From Gammaproteobacteria bacterium (GTDB taxonomy: Bacteria > Pseudomonadota > Gammaproteobacteria > Steroidobacterales > GCA-2729495), in the NCBI GenBank assembly GCA_039926785.1, contig JBDSWH010000327.1, forward strand, positions 1 to 37,325: a stretch of 37,325 nucleotides of DNA, given 5' to 3'. A program made the translations under genes and the position numbers. This document shows positions 1 to 8,800 of the stretch, piece after piece. Numbering within the stretch: position 1 is the first letter of the stretch; the number at the start of each line of letters is the position of its first letter. The notes beneath the pieces were generated by a model. The model was given only the letters and a program-made list of their open reading frames with translations, searched no databases and was not told where the DNA came from.

Positions 1-2
1 AT

Positions 3-1811
3 GCCGATGGCGAGAGCGCCGAACGGGCCGACAAGACCTTCTACATCTGGGACGAGAAGGCCCGCAAGCCCGCCAAGGCACCGGCTACGGGCTTCGGCGA
101 TCCGCCGGGCGCCCCCGTGCCGGCGCCCGCCACGCCGCCGTCCATCGCACTGAAGGGCCTGAAGCCCGCGCTGGAGGGCCGCTGGAAGGTCCGGACCAAG
201 GACGGCCGGGTCGAAGTCACCACCGTCTACGCCATGGTGAAGGATCTTTGCAACCGCGAGTACACGCCCGAGAAGGCCCAGGCAATCACCGGCGTGCATG
301 CTGACAACATCCGCGCCGTGGCCCGTGCCTTCGCGAAGTCGGGCGCCGGCATGATCTACGCCGGCTACCGGGCCTGCAAGTGGCTGCACGGTGACAAGTT
401 GCAGCGGGCCTGGCTGTTGATGTGCGCCCTGACGGGCAACACCGGCCGCGAGGGCGGCGGCATGCAGACCACCCAATTGTCGAAGAGCGACGGTTTTGCC
501 AAGTTCGTCTTCGCCGGCATTGGTCCCCGGGTGAAGGTGGCGGCGATCTCCGTCTGGGACTACGCCAAGGGCGACGGCAAGGCGCTTAACGAGAAGACCT
601 ACGGCCAGGAGATGGCCGACCACCTCGACAAGCACTACCGTCAGTCCATCAACAACGGCTGGCTGCCGGACTACGCGAAGACGCCCTGGAAGATGGCCTT
701 CATGTGCGGCCACAACACCGCCAACTGGCGTGCCGCCGGCACCCGGTTCCGGGAAACGGTGCTCTCGAAGCTCGACACCATCGTCACCATGACGCCCGAC
801 ATGAGCGTCACGGCCATGTATTCCGACTACGTCCTGCCCGTGTCCCAGCACTACGAACGCCACGATTTCGTGATGGAGGGTCGCACGCCCTACATCCAGG
901 TGCTGGACCAGGCGGTTCCCCCGCTGGGCGAGTCCGAGGACGACTGGTCCATCATGGCGCGCCTCGCGAGGTCCATCAGCACCAAGGCTGCGGCGCGCAA
1001 GCTGCCGCCGGTGAAGGACATGCTCTACGGCAAGCCGATGGAGCACGACTACAGCAAGGTCAACGAACTCTTTACGCTGAACGGCAAGATCAAGGACACG
1101 CGGGACATCGTCCAGTTCCTGATCGACAACTCCGATGGCATCCCGAAGATCACCTTCGAGGAACTGCGCCAGCGGGGCTTCGTCCGAGCTGATGACTCGG
1201 CCGATGTGCAGTTCGGCAAGAAGTCCCCCTACAGCTACGAGGTCCTGGCCAGCACCCGCGACAAGGAGCCCTACGCCACGCTGACCGGTCGGCAGCAGTT
1301 CTACTTTGACCACGACTGGTTCCTCAGCGAGGGCGAGGCGCTGCCGGTGCACGTGGACCCGCTGGCCGTGAAGGGCTACCCGCTGCGCCTCACGATGGGC
1401 CACGCGCGGCATGGCATCCACAGCATGTGGCGGGACGATCCCCTGCTGCTCAGCCTGCAGCGGGGCGAGCCGGACATCTACCTCCATCCCGGTGACGCGG
1501 CGAAGCGGGGCGTGCAGGACGGCGACCTGGTGCGCACGTTCAACTCACTGGGCTCCTTCATCGCCATGGCCCACGTGAGTTCCAGCATCCAGTCCGGGTC
1601 CATGTTCATGTTCCACGGCTGGGACCCGATGATGTTCCGGGACCGGCAGAACTTCAGCGGCACCATCCCGACCGCCGGCCTGCTGAAGCCCACCTCGCTG
1701 GTGGGTGGCTACGGCCACATCGGCTATCGGTCGCCGGAGTACGTGCCGAATCAGACCTACCACGACCACACGGTCGATTTCGAGAAGCACGTGGCCGCCA
1801 AGGCCTCGTAG
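3..1811 (+). CDS. Molybdopterin (bis-MGD) oxidoreductase catalytic alpha subunit, NarG/EbdA/SerA-like (type II DMSO-reductase family); 5' end lies outside the window
   Basis: The frame is open from nt 3 (ADGESAERADKTFYIWDEK...), so the Met at 117 in the track is internal. The C-terminal segment GEPDIYLHPGDAAKRGVQDGDLVRTFNSLGSFIAMAHVSSSIQSGSMFMFHGW looks like a molybdopterin-dinucleotide-binding barrel. A NarH-type Fe-S subunit follows 12 nt downstream behind a GGAG Shine-Dalgarno site. Amino-acid composition is normal, with K/N/Y/F/W present. Confidence 0.75.
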   Translation, partial: ADGESAERADKTFYIWDEKARKPAKAPATGFGDPPGAPVPAPATPPSIALKGLKPALEGRWKVRTKDGRVEVTTVYAMVKDLCNREYTPEKAQAITGVHADNIRAVARAFAKSGAGMIYAGYRACKWLHGDKLQRAWLLMCALTGNTGREGGGMQTTQLSKSDGFAKFVFAGIGPRVKVAAISVWDYAKGDGKALNEKTYGQEMADHLDKHYRQSINNGWLPDYAKTPWKMAFMCGHNTANWRAAGTRFRETVLSKLDTIVTMTPDMSVTAMYSDYVLPVSQHYERHDFVMEGRTPYIQVLDQAVPPLGESEDDWSIMARLARSISTKAAARKLPPVKDMLYGKPMEHDYSKVNELFTLNGKIKDTRDIVQFLIDNSDGIPKITFEELRQRGFVRADDSADVQFGKKSPYSYEVLASTRDKEPYATLTGRQQFYFDHDWFLSEGEALPVHVDPLAVKGYPLRLTMGHARHGIHSMWRDDPLLLSLQRGEPDIYLHPGDAAKRGVQDGDLVRTFNSLGSFIAMAHVSSSIQSGSMFMFHGWDPMMFRDRQNFSGTIPTAGLLKPTSLVGGYGHIGYRSPEYVPNQTYHDHTVDFEKHVAAKAS

Positions 1812-1823
1812 GAGAGCAGAGCA

Positions 1824-2837
1824 ATGTCCCGTCAAATCGCCATGGTGATCGACCTCAACAAGTGCATTGGCTGCCAGGCCTGCACGGCGGCGTGCAAGTC
1901 GCTGTGGACCGACGAGGAAGGCCAGGAGTACATGCTCTGGAACAACGTCGAGACCAAGCCCGGACGCGGCTATCCCAAGGAGTGGGAAGTGAAGGGCGCC
2001 AAGTCCGGCTGGAAGGACGGCGCGCTCCAGTACGGCGACCTGCACGACCAGAACGACTTCGGCAGCGTGTCGCCCCTGAACCATGAAGAGGTGTACTTCA
2101 AGGGGACCGAGGAACGCCTGCAGCGCAAGGAACCGCTGACCTACGGCGCGAACTGGGACGAGGACACCAGCACCGGCGACTACCCTAACAACTATCACTT
2201 CTACCTGCCGCGCCTGTGCAACCACTGCACCAAGCCGGCCTGCCTGGAGGCCTGCCCGGTGCGGGCGATCTACAAGCGCGAGCAGGACGGCATCGTGCTC
2301 GTGGACCAGGACAAGTGCCAGGGCTTCCGGCTGTGTAACCGGGCCTGTCCTTACGACAAGGTCTACTACAACTACGTGAAGCGGAAGTCCCAGAAGTGCA
2401 TCTTCTGCTTCCCGCGGGTGGAGCAGGGCGTTGCACCGGCCTGCGCGCGCCAGTGCCCGGGCCGACTGCGCTTCGTGGGTTACCTCGAAGACGCGGACGG
2501 CCCGATCGCCAAGCTCGTGTACCAGTGGAAAGTGGCGTTGCCGCTGCATCCGGAATTCGGCACGGAGCCGAACGTCTACTACGTGCCGCCGATGCTGCCG
2601 GCGTCATTTGATGCGGAAGGCCGCTTCAGCGACGAGCCGCGGGTGCCGACTGACTACCTGCGCTACCTGTTCGGTCCGCAGGTCGACCAGGCACTGATCA
2701 CGCTGGACGCGGAGATGGACCGCAAGAAGGAGGGCAAGGCCTCCGAGCTGATGGACCTGCTGATCGCGAAGGACTGGAAGTCACTCTTCCACATCACGGA
2801 CGTGCAGATCACGTCGTCGACCGGGGCTCCAACCTAG
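1824..2837 (+). CDS. Fe-S electron-transfer beta subunit of a type II DMSO-reductase-family enzyme (NarH/EbdB/SerB/DdhB-like)
   Basis: Four Cys groups are present: CIGCQACTAAC, CNHCTKPACLEACP, CQGFRLCNRACP (second Cys position replaced by Phe, as in the 3Fe-4S group of NarH-type subunits) and CIFCFPRVEQGVAPACARQCP. The N-terminus RQIAMVIDLNKCIGCQACTAACK...LWNNVETKPGRGYP is typical of this family. GGAGAG lies 8 nt upstream of the ATG. Confidence 0.85.
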   Translation: MSRQIAMVIDLNKCIGCQACTAACKSLWTDEEGQEYMLWNNVETKPGRGYPKEWEVKGAKSGWKDGALQYGDLHDQNDFGSVSPLNHEEVYFKGTEERLQRKEPLTYGANWDEDTSTGDYPNNYHFYLPRLCNHCTKPACLEACPVRAIYKREQDGIVLVDQDKCQGFRLCNRACPYDKVYYNYVKRKSQKCIFCFPRVEQGVAPACARQCPGRLRFVGYLEDADGPIAKLVYQWKVALPLHPEFGTEPNVYYVPPMLPASFDAEGRFSDEPRVPTDYLRYLFGPQVDQALITLDAEMDRKKEGKASELMDLLIAKDWKSLFHITDVQITSSTGAPT

Positions 2838-2843
2838 AGCGCC

Positions 2844-2864
2844 GTAGGAGCGCGTTCACGCGCG
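2844..2864. repeat. REP-like GTAGGAGC-headed short hairpin (GCGCG-TTCA-CGCGC) between convergent genes
   Basis: GTAGGAGCGCGTTCACGCGCG shares its GTAGGAGCG head and stem-loop layout with the two arms of the palindrome at 12194-12253. It sits in the 36-nt gap between the beta-subunit stop (2837) and the asmA-like stop (2874). Confidence 0.4.
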
Positions 2865-2873
2865 GTCCGGGCG

Positions 2874-4175
2874 CTACGGGGCCTGCACCGACAACGGCGT
2901 GGGCACGAACTGTGGTGTACCCGGCGGCGCCGCAGGTGCCGCATCAGGGTCGTGGGCAGCCGCGCCAATCTTGGCCCCGACGACAGTGCCCACCACCGGG
3001 AACAGCAACGTGCCGGCGACGGCCCCGGCAACAACACCCGGCGGCACAGACACATCCACCTTGCGGGTCGGGCCGCTGACATGGAACGGAATTTCCACAG
3101 CGTCCTTCAGCACCTTTATCTTGCCTTCACCTTCGACGCGACGATTGAACACCGTGGCATCGCCCGTCGCCGTGAAGGTATCGCCGACGGCAACGATCTC
3201 CCGGTAACGGGTTACGGTGCCCTCCGGCGTGTTCTGGATGTCCATTACGGCGTCGAGCGACTTGAGGCGCGTTGTGCCGGCCCGCTCCCTGCCGAGGGTG
3301 CGAATCGCGTGGTCCACGTCGATGCGCAGGATCTGGGCCGCGGCTACCTTGACCTCGCTCCGGAGGCGCAGGGAACTGCCAAGGTCGCCCGCCGTGCGGC
3401 CTGCCGCGCCCACCCGGGTTCTGCCGTTTGCTTTGCCACCAATGGGTGACCGGCGCTTGAGACTGGCCGCGGCGACTGCCACATCGATATTCCGCGGCGC
3501 CAATTCGCCGGTAACCTGCAGGCCGCGCTCCGCTGTTTCGGTCAATCGCACGCTTCCATCGGCGGAGCCGCCACCGAGGGCAACAGTGACCCGCCACTCG
3601 TCCAACCTGCCGCTACGGACGAGATCAAGTGTGGTCGCCGGCGTGAAGCCGGGCCGGCGAACCCGGACGCTTCCGGGCCGCCATTGCCGCTGGAAATCGA
3701 TGTCGCCTTCGAGGGGTAGGCCGACTCCGGTTCGGGAGATCCAGATGAGGTTGCGGAAGCGGACGGAGTGGAGCGGAATGCCATCCACGGACGGTGCGGG
3801 CCTGCCTGCCGGCTCCTCACGACGAAAAGCGCGCAACGATGCCGTGGGGATGCGGGCGCCATCGATTTGCAGTCTGTCGATCTCCAGTCGGCCTCGCAGG
3901 AGGAAGGCCCGGAGGCCGGGATAGGCGGTCAGCCGCTCGATGACGACGGGTTCTGGTTGCCGGCTGCGAATGTTGGTGACGGTCAACGCGGGCGTTGGAA
4001 GCAGGCGCCAGTGAACGGATCCCAGGGTGATATGCACTGGCGAGCGACGCTGGAGTTCGGCACTCAGGCGCAACCGCACCTCTTCGTCGTCGGGCAGGAG
4101 TGCGATTCCCGCCACGACTCCGCCAATGATCACCAGCGTGGCGATGGCAAGGACAATGCGTACGGCGCGATTCAT
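2874..4175 (-). CDS. AsmA-family outer-membrane biogenesis protein (short form, 433 aa)
   Basis: It has an N-terminal membrane anchor (MNRAVRIVLAIATLVIIGGVVAGIALL). This is followed by a repetitive beta-rich body with AsmA-like N-terminal wording (LSAELQRRSPVHITLGSVHWRLLPTPALTVTNI) and a hydrophobic Gly/Val-rich C-terminal segment. Confidence 0.55.
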   Translation of the reverse strand: MNRAVRIVLAIATLVIIGGVVAGIALLPDDEEVRLRLSAELQRRSPVHITLGSVHWRLLPTPALTVTNIRSRQPEPVVIERLTAYPGLRAFLLRGRLEIDRLQIDGARIPTASLRAFRREEPAGRPAPSVDGIPLHSVRFRNLIWISRTGVGLPLEGDIDFQRQWRPGSVRVRRPGFTPATTLDLVRSGRLDEWRVTVALGGGSADGSVRLTETAERGLQVTGELAPRNIDVAVAAASLKRRSPIGGKANGRTRVGAAGRTAGDLGSSLRLRSEVKVAAAQILRIDVDHAIRTLGRERAGTTRLKSLDAVMDIQNTPEGTVTRYREIVAVGDTFTATGDATVFNRRVEGEGKIKVLKDAVEIPFHVSGPTRKVDVSVPPGVVAGAVAGTLLFPVVGTVVGAKIGAAAHDPDAAPAAPPGTPQFVPTPLSVQAP

Positions 4176-4217
4176 GCGTCGACAGTAGCGGATGTCGGCG
4201 CGGTGTCCACTTCGCTA

Positions 4218-4246
4218 ATCATGGCCTCTCGGGTGGGTGCACGCAA
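4218..4246 (-). promoter_or_regulatory. Candidate sigma70 promoter for the asmA-like gene
   Basis: On the minus strand: TTGCGT (plus 4241-4246), a 17-nt spacer, then CATGAT (plus 4218-4223), about 45 nt upstream of the ATG at 4175. This is a hexamer match only. Confidence 0.25.
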
Positions 4247-4312
4247 GTCATTGTTTTTCATGGTAAAGTTTACCCACCGTGGCGGTATTAGCGGCCGGTA
4301 CTGACGGGTCGA

Positions 4313-5752
4313 TCAGGAAGGATCCGCCAGTTGCAGAGAGGTTGAGGCCGCGGCCGTCTCGCGCAGCCAGAACGCCCCGACAGCCGCCATTGCGCACAGG
4401 AGTGCGCCCGCTCCGAATGCCAGGCGGTAGCCGTCGTTGAGCGCCGAGAGCGCTTCACCGCCCGCGTCGAGAAGCGCTCTGGTCCGGGCGTCAGCCAAGC
4501 TCGCGATCACCGCGAGGCCCAGTGCCCCGCCCATCATGAACGCCGTGTTGACGATCCCGGAGGCGAGGCCCGACTCCTCCGGGTCCGCATCGTTCATCGC
4601 CGCGAGGAGCAGGGGGTTGAACGCCATGCCGGCGCCCAGCCCGAGAAGCAGCATTCCCGGCAGCACATCGACCGGAAATGTGCCTGCCACGGGTGCCCGG
4701 GCAAACAGCGCCAGACCCACCGCCGCGAGCAGCAGGCCTAGTCCGGCCGGCACGCGGATGCCATAGCGCATGACCATCCTTGCGGAAAGCCCGGCCGAGA
4801 AAATTGCCATGATCCCGTCTGCCGGGAGGAAGGCGAGGCCGACGTGGAGCGGGTCGTACCCAAGCACGAGCTGCAGGTAAAGCGCCGCGATCACGAACCA
4901 GCCGAACATCCCGGCGGCCCATAGCACCGCGAGCAGGTTTGCCATAACGGTATTGCGACGCCGGAACAGCCGTAGTGGCACCAGCGGCTGCTCAATACGC
5001 GACTCGATCCAGAGAAAGACCGCGACCAGGCTGACGGCCGCGCCGAGCAGGCCGAGCGTTTCCGCTGACAGCCAGCCCGCTGCATTGCCGCCAACCACCG
5101 CATACACCGCAAGCATCAGGCCAAGCGTTACCGTGAGCGAACCGGCAATGTCCAGTCTTGGCCGCGATTCTGCCGGCAGGTCGCGGGGCAACAGGACGAC
5201 GCAGAGCCCATACACGGCGATGCCAATCGGCAGATTGATGAGAAAGATCCAGTTCCAGCCGAGGACGTTCGTCACCATGCCGCCCAGGACTTCGCCAATG
5301 CTTCCGCCTGCAGCGCAGACAAAGCCATAGATGCCCATGGCCTTCGCGCGCTCACCCTGCTCCGGGAAGAGCGTCATGATCAGCGAAAGTGCCACGGCGG
5401 TGACGACCGCCCCGCCGAGGCCCTGTACCGCGCGCGCGATGATCAGGGCGGCTTGCGACTGCGCCACCCCGCACACAAGCGAAGCCAGGGTAAACACCAC
5501 CAGGCCGATCAGGAACAGTCGCCGCGACCCGTGGAGATCGCCCAGCCGGCCGCCGAGCAACAGGAAGCCGCCGAAGGTGAGCATGTAGGCGTTAAGCACC
5601 CACGTGAGGGCCCCTGCCGAGAACTGCAGGTCCGACTGGATCGAGGGCAGCGCGACGGTGACGATGGTCGTGTCGAGCACGATCATCAGCACACCGGTAC
5701 ACAGGATGTAGAGTGCAGGCCAGCGCCTGCGCGCATCGAGGTGATCGTTCAA
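4313..5752 (-). CDS. MFS transporter, DHA2 (EmrB/QacA, 14-TMS) drug:H+ antiporter family
   Basis: LMIVLDTTIVTVALPSIQSDL and the motif-A-like GGRLGDLHGSRRLFLIG are present, with about 14 hydrophobic segments. The start codon is apparently TTG at 5752, preceded by GGAG 6 nt upstream. Confidence 0.85.
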   Translation of the reverse strand: MNDHLDARRRWPALYILCTGVLMIVLDTTIVTVALPSIQSDLQFSAGALTWVLNAYMLTFGGFLLLGGRLGDLHGSRRLFLIGLVVFTLASLVCGVAQSQAALIIARAVQGLGGAVVTAVALSLIMTLFPEQGERAKAMGIYGFVCAAGGSIGEVLGGMVTNVLGWNWIFLINLPIGIAVYGLCVVLLPRDLPAESRPRLDIAGSLTVTLGLMLAVYAVVGGNAAGWLSAETLGLLGAAVSLVAVFLWIESRIEQPLVPLRLFRRRNTVMANLLAVLWAAGMFGWFVIAALYLQLVLGYDPLHVGLAFLPADGIMAIFSAGLSARMVMRYGIRVPAGLGLLLAAVGLALFARAPVAGTFPVDVLPGMLLLGLGAGMAFNPLLLAAMNDADPEESGLASGIVNTAFMMGGALGLAVIASLADARTRALLDAGGEALSALNDGYRLAFGAGALLCAMAAVGAFWLRETAAASTSLQLADPS

Positions 5753-5800
5753 GGCAAGCTCCGCAAGACTGCACTTTAGCCCACGTCAAAGGCGGGCGAC

Positions 5801-5806
5801 TATACT
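5801..5806 (+). promoter_or_regulatory. Candidate -10 box (TATACT) only 8 nt before the ATG at 5815; possible leaderless or very short-leader transcript
   Basis: An AT-rich hexamer stands in an otherwise GC-rich 62-nt divergent intergenic region. No convincing -35 element and no Shine-Dalgarno site precede 5815. Confidence 0.2.
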
Positions 5807-5814
5807 GACGCCCC

Positions 5815-6279
5815 ATGGAGTCCGACCTGATCCGGCTAATGCACGTCGTCAGCTCGGCCCTGATGTTCGGGGTCGGCATCGGTGCCTTCTGGTTCATGCT
5901 GACCACAGTCAGTTCCGGCAATCCGGCTGCCGTCGCCGTGACCACCCGCAATGCGGTCCGGGCGGAGTGGTTCATCGCGGCGCCGGTGGCCGTGATCCAG
6001 CCGACGACCGGCTACCTGCTTATGCGTCAGCTCGGCTACCCCCTCGAATCCGGCTGGTTCTACGCCGTGGCCACGGTCTACATCGTCGCCGGGATCTGCT
6101 GGGTGTACATGTTGAAAGCCGAGCTGAAACTTCGCGACATCTCGGCTGCCCACCACGCTGCCCCGGCGCTGCCGCCGGAATTTCACGCTGTGCTCGGTCG
6201 CTGGGTGCGCCTGGCGATCGGCTCCTTTGCCGGCGTGCTCGGCATCTTCTGGCTGATGGTGTTTCGACCGGGGCTCTGA
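5815..6279 (+). CDS. DUF2269-family integral membrane protein
   Basis: It has four hydrophobic segments. The wording resembles my recollection of DUF2269: MHVVSSALMFGVGIGAFWFM, AEWFIAAPVAVIQPTTGYLL and FAGVLGIFWLMVFRP. Confidence 0.55.
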   Translation: MESDLIRLMHVVSSALMFGVGIGAFWFMLTTVSSGNPAAVAVTTRNAVRAEWFIAAPVAVIQPTTGYLLMRQLGYPLESGWFYAVATVYIVAGICWVYMLKAELKLRDISAAHHAAPALPPEFHAVLGRWVRLAIGSFAGVLGIFWLMVFRPGL

Positions 6280-6315
6280 GGGTAAGATTCCGGTGATACC
6301 CGGCCCAATCCGCTC

Positions 6316-7074
6316 GTGAGCCCACAGATGCCAGTAGCCTTTGGTTTGCATTTCATCGTGGCGCTGTTCTTCGCCATTCATGCCATGCGCAACGGCCAGC
6401 AGATGTACTGGCTGCTGATCCTGTTCATGTTTCCGCTACTCGGGAGCGTCGTCTACTTCGTGGCGATCTACCTGCCGAATTCCCGGCTGCAGCAGGGCGC
6501 GCGAAAGGTCGTGGCGGTGGCGGCCAAAACACTGGATCCCACCCGGGAGCTGCGGGAGGCGCGCGCCGCCTTCGACTACACGCCCACGGCCCAGAACCAG
6601 ATGCGCCTCGCCGCCGCCCTGCTGGAGGCGGGCGATGCGGAGGAGTCGGCGGCCAGCTACGAAGCCTGTCTGAAGGGTCCCTTTGCATCGGATCTTGAGA
6701 TCCGGTTGGGCGCGGCGCGCGCCTACTTTGCGTGCAACCGTCCCGCCGACGCCATCGAACAGCTGGCCGAGGTTCGCCAGGCCAATCCGACGTTCCGGCC
6801 GGAGGAAGTGGCCCTGCTGATGGCCCGCGCGCTGGTGGCCGCCGGTCGCGCCCCGGAAGCGGGGGCCGAGTTTGCCGCAACGTGGAACCGGTTTGGCAGT
6901 TTCGAGAGCCTTGCCGAGTACGCCATCTGGGCAGCCGGCTCGGGCGACAAGGACCTGTCGGACCGGCTGCGTGGGGAAATTCAGCGGGCCGAGCAGCACT
7001 GGCCAAAGCACACCCGCGAGCTGAACGCGCCACTGCTCCGGCGCTGTCAGGCCGCCTACGAACTGGTGCGGTAA
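6316..7074 (+). CDS. Membrane protein with an N-terminal PLDc_N (cardiolipin-synthase N-terminal type) two-helix domain fused to a TPR-like soluble domain
   Basis: The N-terminus FIVALFFAIHAMRNGQQMYWLLILFMFPLLGSVVYFVAIYLPNSR matches the PLDc_N pattern (W-hydrophobic run-P-x-x-G-x-x-x-Y). The rest is helical and Ala/Leu/Glu-rich, with TPR-like spacing. The start may be the GTG at 6316 or the ATG at 6328. Confidence 0.55.
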   Translation: MSPQMPVAFGLHFIVALFFAIHAMRNGQQMYWLLILFMFPLLGSVVYFVAIYLPNSRLQQGARKVVAVAAKTLDPTRELREARAAFDYTPTAQNQMRLAAALLEAGDAEESAASYEACLKGPFASDLEIRLGAARAYFACNRPADAIEQLAEVRQANPTFRPEEVALLMARALVAAGRAPEAGAEFAATWNRFGSFESLAEYAIWAAGSGDKDLSDRLRGEIQRAEQHWPKHTRELNAPLLRRCQAAYELVR

Positions 7075-7593
7075 ATGTCCTCCCTCGCCGATTCGGAGCT
7101 GTTCCTGGAGATTGCCGAGTTGGCCGTCGCCTTCGCTGGCTTCGCGAGCATCGCCAGCGCGATGCGCGATCGTGCCGATGTCGACAACATCCGCGTCGAC
7201 GCGGGCCGGCTGACCAACATGATCATTGTGAGCCTGACAACAGCGATGCTGTCACTGGTACCGTTCATCCCGATGCTGTTCAGCGTCCAGGCGACAACGA
7301 CGTGGAGGGCCTCGGCGTTTGTAGCGATTGCTGCCGTCCTGACCGCAGGGCCTGGCATGGTTGAGCGGACGATTCGCATGAAGAATTACCGCGAGTTCAA
7401 CATGCAGACCAACGTGGTCAACTACGGAATCGCGATGATTGCCGCCGGAGCATTCCTTGCCTGCGCACTGGGGTATCCGGCCGGGAACCCCGCCGCCAGC
7501 TACGCCACGGGTCTGGTGGCGCTGCTGCTGATGAGTGCCATACTTTTCTTCCGCGTAATTGTGTCCCTCCTTCGGCCCCACGTGCCGGAGTAA
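7075..7593 (+). CDS. Hypothetical 4-TM membrane protein
   Basis: Its ATG directly abuts the upstream TAA (7072-7074). It has four hydrophobic segments and coding-like composition. I recognise no family. Confidence 0.5.
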   Translation: MSSLADSELFLEIAELAVAFAGFASIASAMRDRADVDNIRVDAGRLTNMIIVSLTTAMLSLVPFIPMLFSVQATTTWRASAFVAIAAVLTAGPGMVERTIRMKNYREFNMQTNVVNYGIAMIAAGAFLACALGYPAGNPAASYATGLVALLLMSAILFFRVIVSLLRPHVPE

Positions 7594-7596
7594 GTG

Positions 7597-7965
7597 ATGA
7601 TTGATCACCTGGGATTCGGCGTCACCGACTATGCGGCGAGCAAGGCCTTCTTTCTGGAGGCGCTTCAGCCGCTGGGCGTTGAGATCGTGATCGAGGGCGA
7701 GCACGGGCTCGGCATGGGCCGGAATGGCAAGCCGACGTTCTGGATCTTCCAGTCTGACGACCGGCCGATGCCGCTGCATATCGCCCTCCTGGCAGAAAAT
7801 CGCCACCAGGTCGACGCGTTCTACCGGGCCGCGCTCGCCGCGGGGGGCCAGGACAACGGCGCGCCGGGGTTGCGGCCGCAATATCATGCTAATTACTACG
7901 GGGCCTTCGTCATCGGGCCCGACGGCCACAACATCGAAGCGGTGTGCCATCAACCCGCCGCTTGA
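7597..7965 (+). CDS. VOC-family (glyoxalase/bleomycin-resistance/dioxygenase fold) protein
   Basis: MIDHLGFGVTDYAASKAFFLEAL... and ...GPDGHNIEAVCH are typical VOC N- and C-terminal strands. The ATG at 7597 follows the upstream TAA by 3 nt; an in-frame GTG at 7594 is also possible. Confidence 0.8.
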   Translation: MIDHLGFGVTDYAASKAFFLEALQPLGVEIVIEGEHGLGMGRNGKPTFWIFQSDDRPMPLHIALLAENRHQVDAFYRAALAAGGQDNGAPGLRPQYHANYYGAFVIGPDGHNIEAVCHQPAA

Positions 7966-7979
7966 GGGCGGGGTGAGCG

Positions 7980-8405
7980 ATGCGGGATCACTTCATCTTC
8001 CTGCCGGTCCTGCTCCAGGTGCTTACCACCATAAACGCCTATGTCCGGCTGACCCTCGCCAAGTCCGCGGCCGTGAGGGCGGGGCTGGCGAACGAGAGCC
8101 GGCGCGGCCTGCACGACGATGCCTGGCCCGACAATGTCATTCAGATCAACAACAACATCCGCAACCAGTTCGAGTTGCCCGTGCTGTTCTACGTGCTCGT
8201 CGTCATGCTGTGGGCCCTGGGTTCGGCCGGCCTCTTCGTGCAGGCCGTGGCGTGGCTGTTTGCCTTGAGCCGGGTTGTGCACCTGCAGATCCACACCGGA
8301 TCAAACTCTGTGCCGCGCCGCCGCCGGGTGTTCACGTTTGGTGTCCTGATGGTGATGCTGTTGTGGGCCGCCGCACTGATTGAACTGGTGAAGTCATCGC
8401 CATGA
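7980..8405 (+). CDS. MAPEG-family membrane protein (microsomal glutathione-S-transferase-like)
   Basis: It is 141 aa with four TM segments. The loop has the MAPEG-like signature NNIRNQFELPVLFYV and a conserved-looking RVVH motif. Confidence 0.65.
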   Translation: MRDHFIFLPVLLQVLTTINAYVRLTLAKSAAVRAGLANESRRGLHDDAWPDNVIQINNNIRNQFELPVLFYVLVVMLWALGSAGLFVQAVAWLFALSRVVHLQIHTGSNSVPRRRRVFTFGVLMVMLLWAAALIELVKSSP

Positions 8406-8797
8406 ATCCCGGGGACACCGCCGAAGCCGGCTTCACTGTCCAGCCCGCTGACACGGCCCGGGCACTCTCGATCTCTGCCGACGACGTGTTCCCGGAGGTC
8501 TTCGCCACCTCCCGCATGATTGCGCTCATGGAACTGGCCGCTGCCCGCCTCATGAAGGCCGGACTGGCGGAGGGCGAGCTTTCCGTCGGCGTGTCGCTCG
8601 ACGTGCGGCACACGGCGCCGACGTCCGTGGGGGCGAAGGTGCGCGCCGTGGCCACGTACCTGGGACCCGAGGGCAAGCTGTTCAGGTTCCGCGTCGAGGC
8701 CTTCGACGAGGCCGGCAGCATCGGCGACGGCGAGCACGTGCGGGCCATCGTGGCCACCGAGCGCCTGCTCGTGGGCGCTGCCCGGCGACGCCGGTAG
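8402..8797 (+). CDS. Hot-dog fold thioesterase (FlK / fluoroacetyl-CoA thioesterase-like subfamily)
   Basis: PEVFATSRMIALMELAAARLM and HTAPTSVGAKVRAVATY...FRVEAFDE...IGDGEHVRAIV resemble this thioesterase subfamily. An ATGA start/stop overlap links it to the MAPEG gene. Confidence 0.65.
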   Translation: MNPGDTAEAGFTVQPADTARALSISADDVFPEVFATSRMIALMELAAARLMKAGLAEGELSVGVSLDVRHTAPTSVGAKVRAVATYLGPEGKLFRFRVEAFDEAGSIGDGEHVRAIVATERLLVGAARRRR

Positions 8798-8800
8798 CCC

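Noticed and set aside
1545-2549. A 334-aa minus-strand ORF antisense to the alpha/beta molybdoenzyme genes. Similar shadow ORFs occur at 7252-7953, 8189-9100, 14230-14793, 14857-15615, 17565-18398 and 21474-22622.
   Set aside because: These are shadow ORFs typical of high-GC genomes. Each overlaps a gene with strong family motifs on the other strand, and each has a low-complexity, Arg/Gly/Pro-dominated translation.
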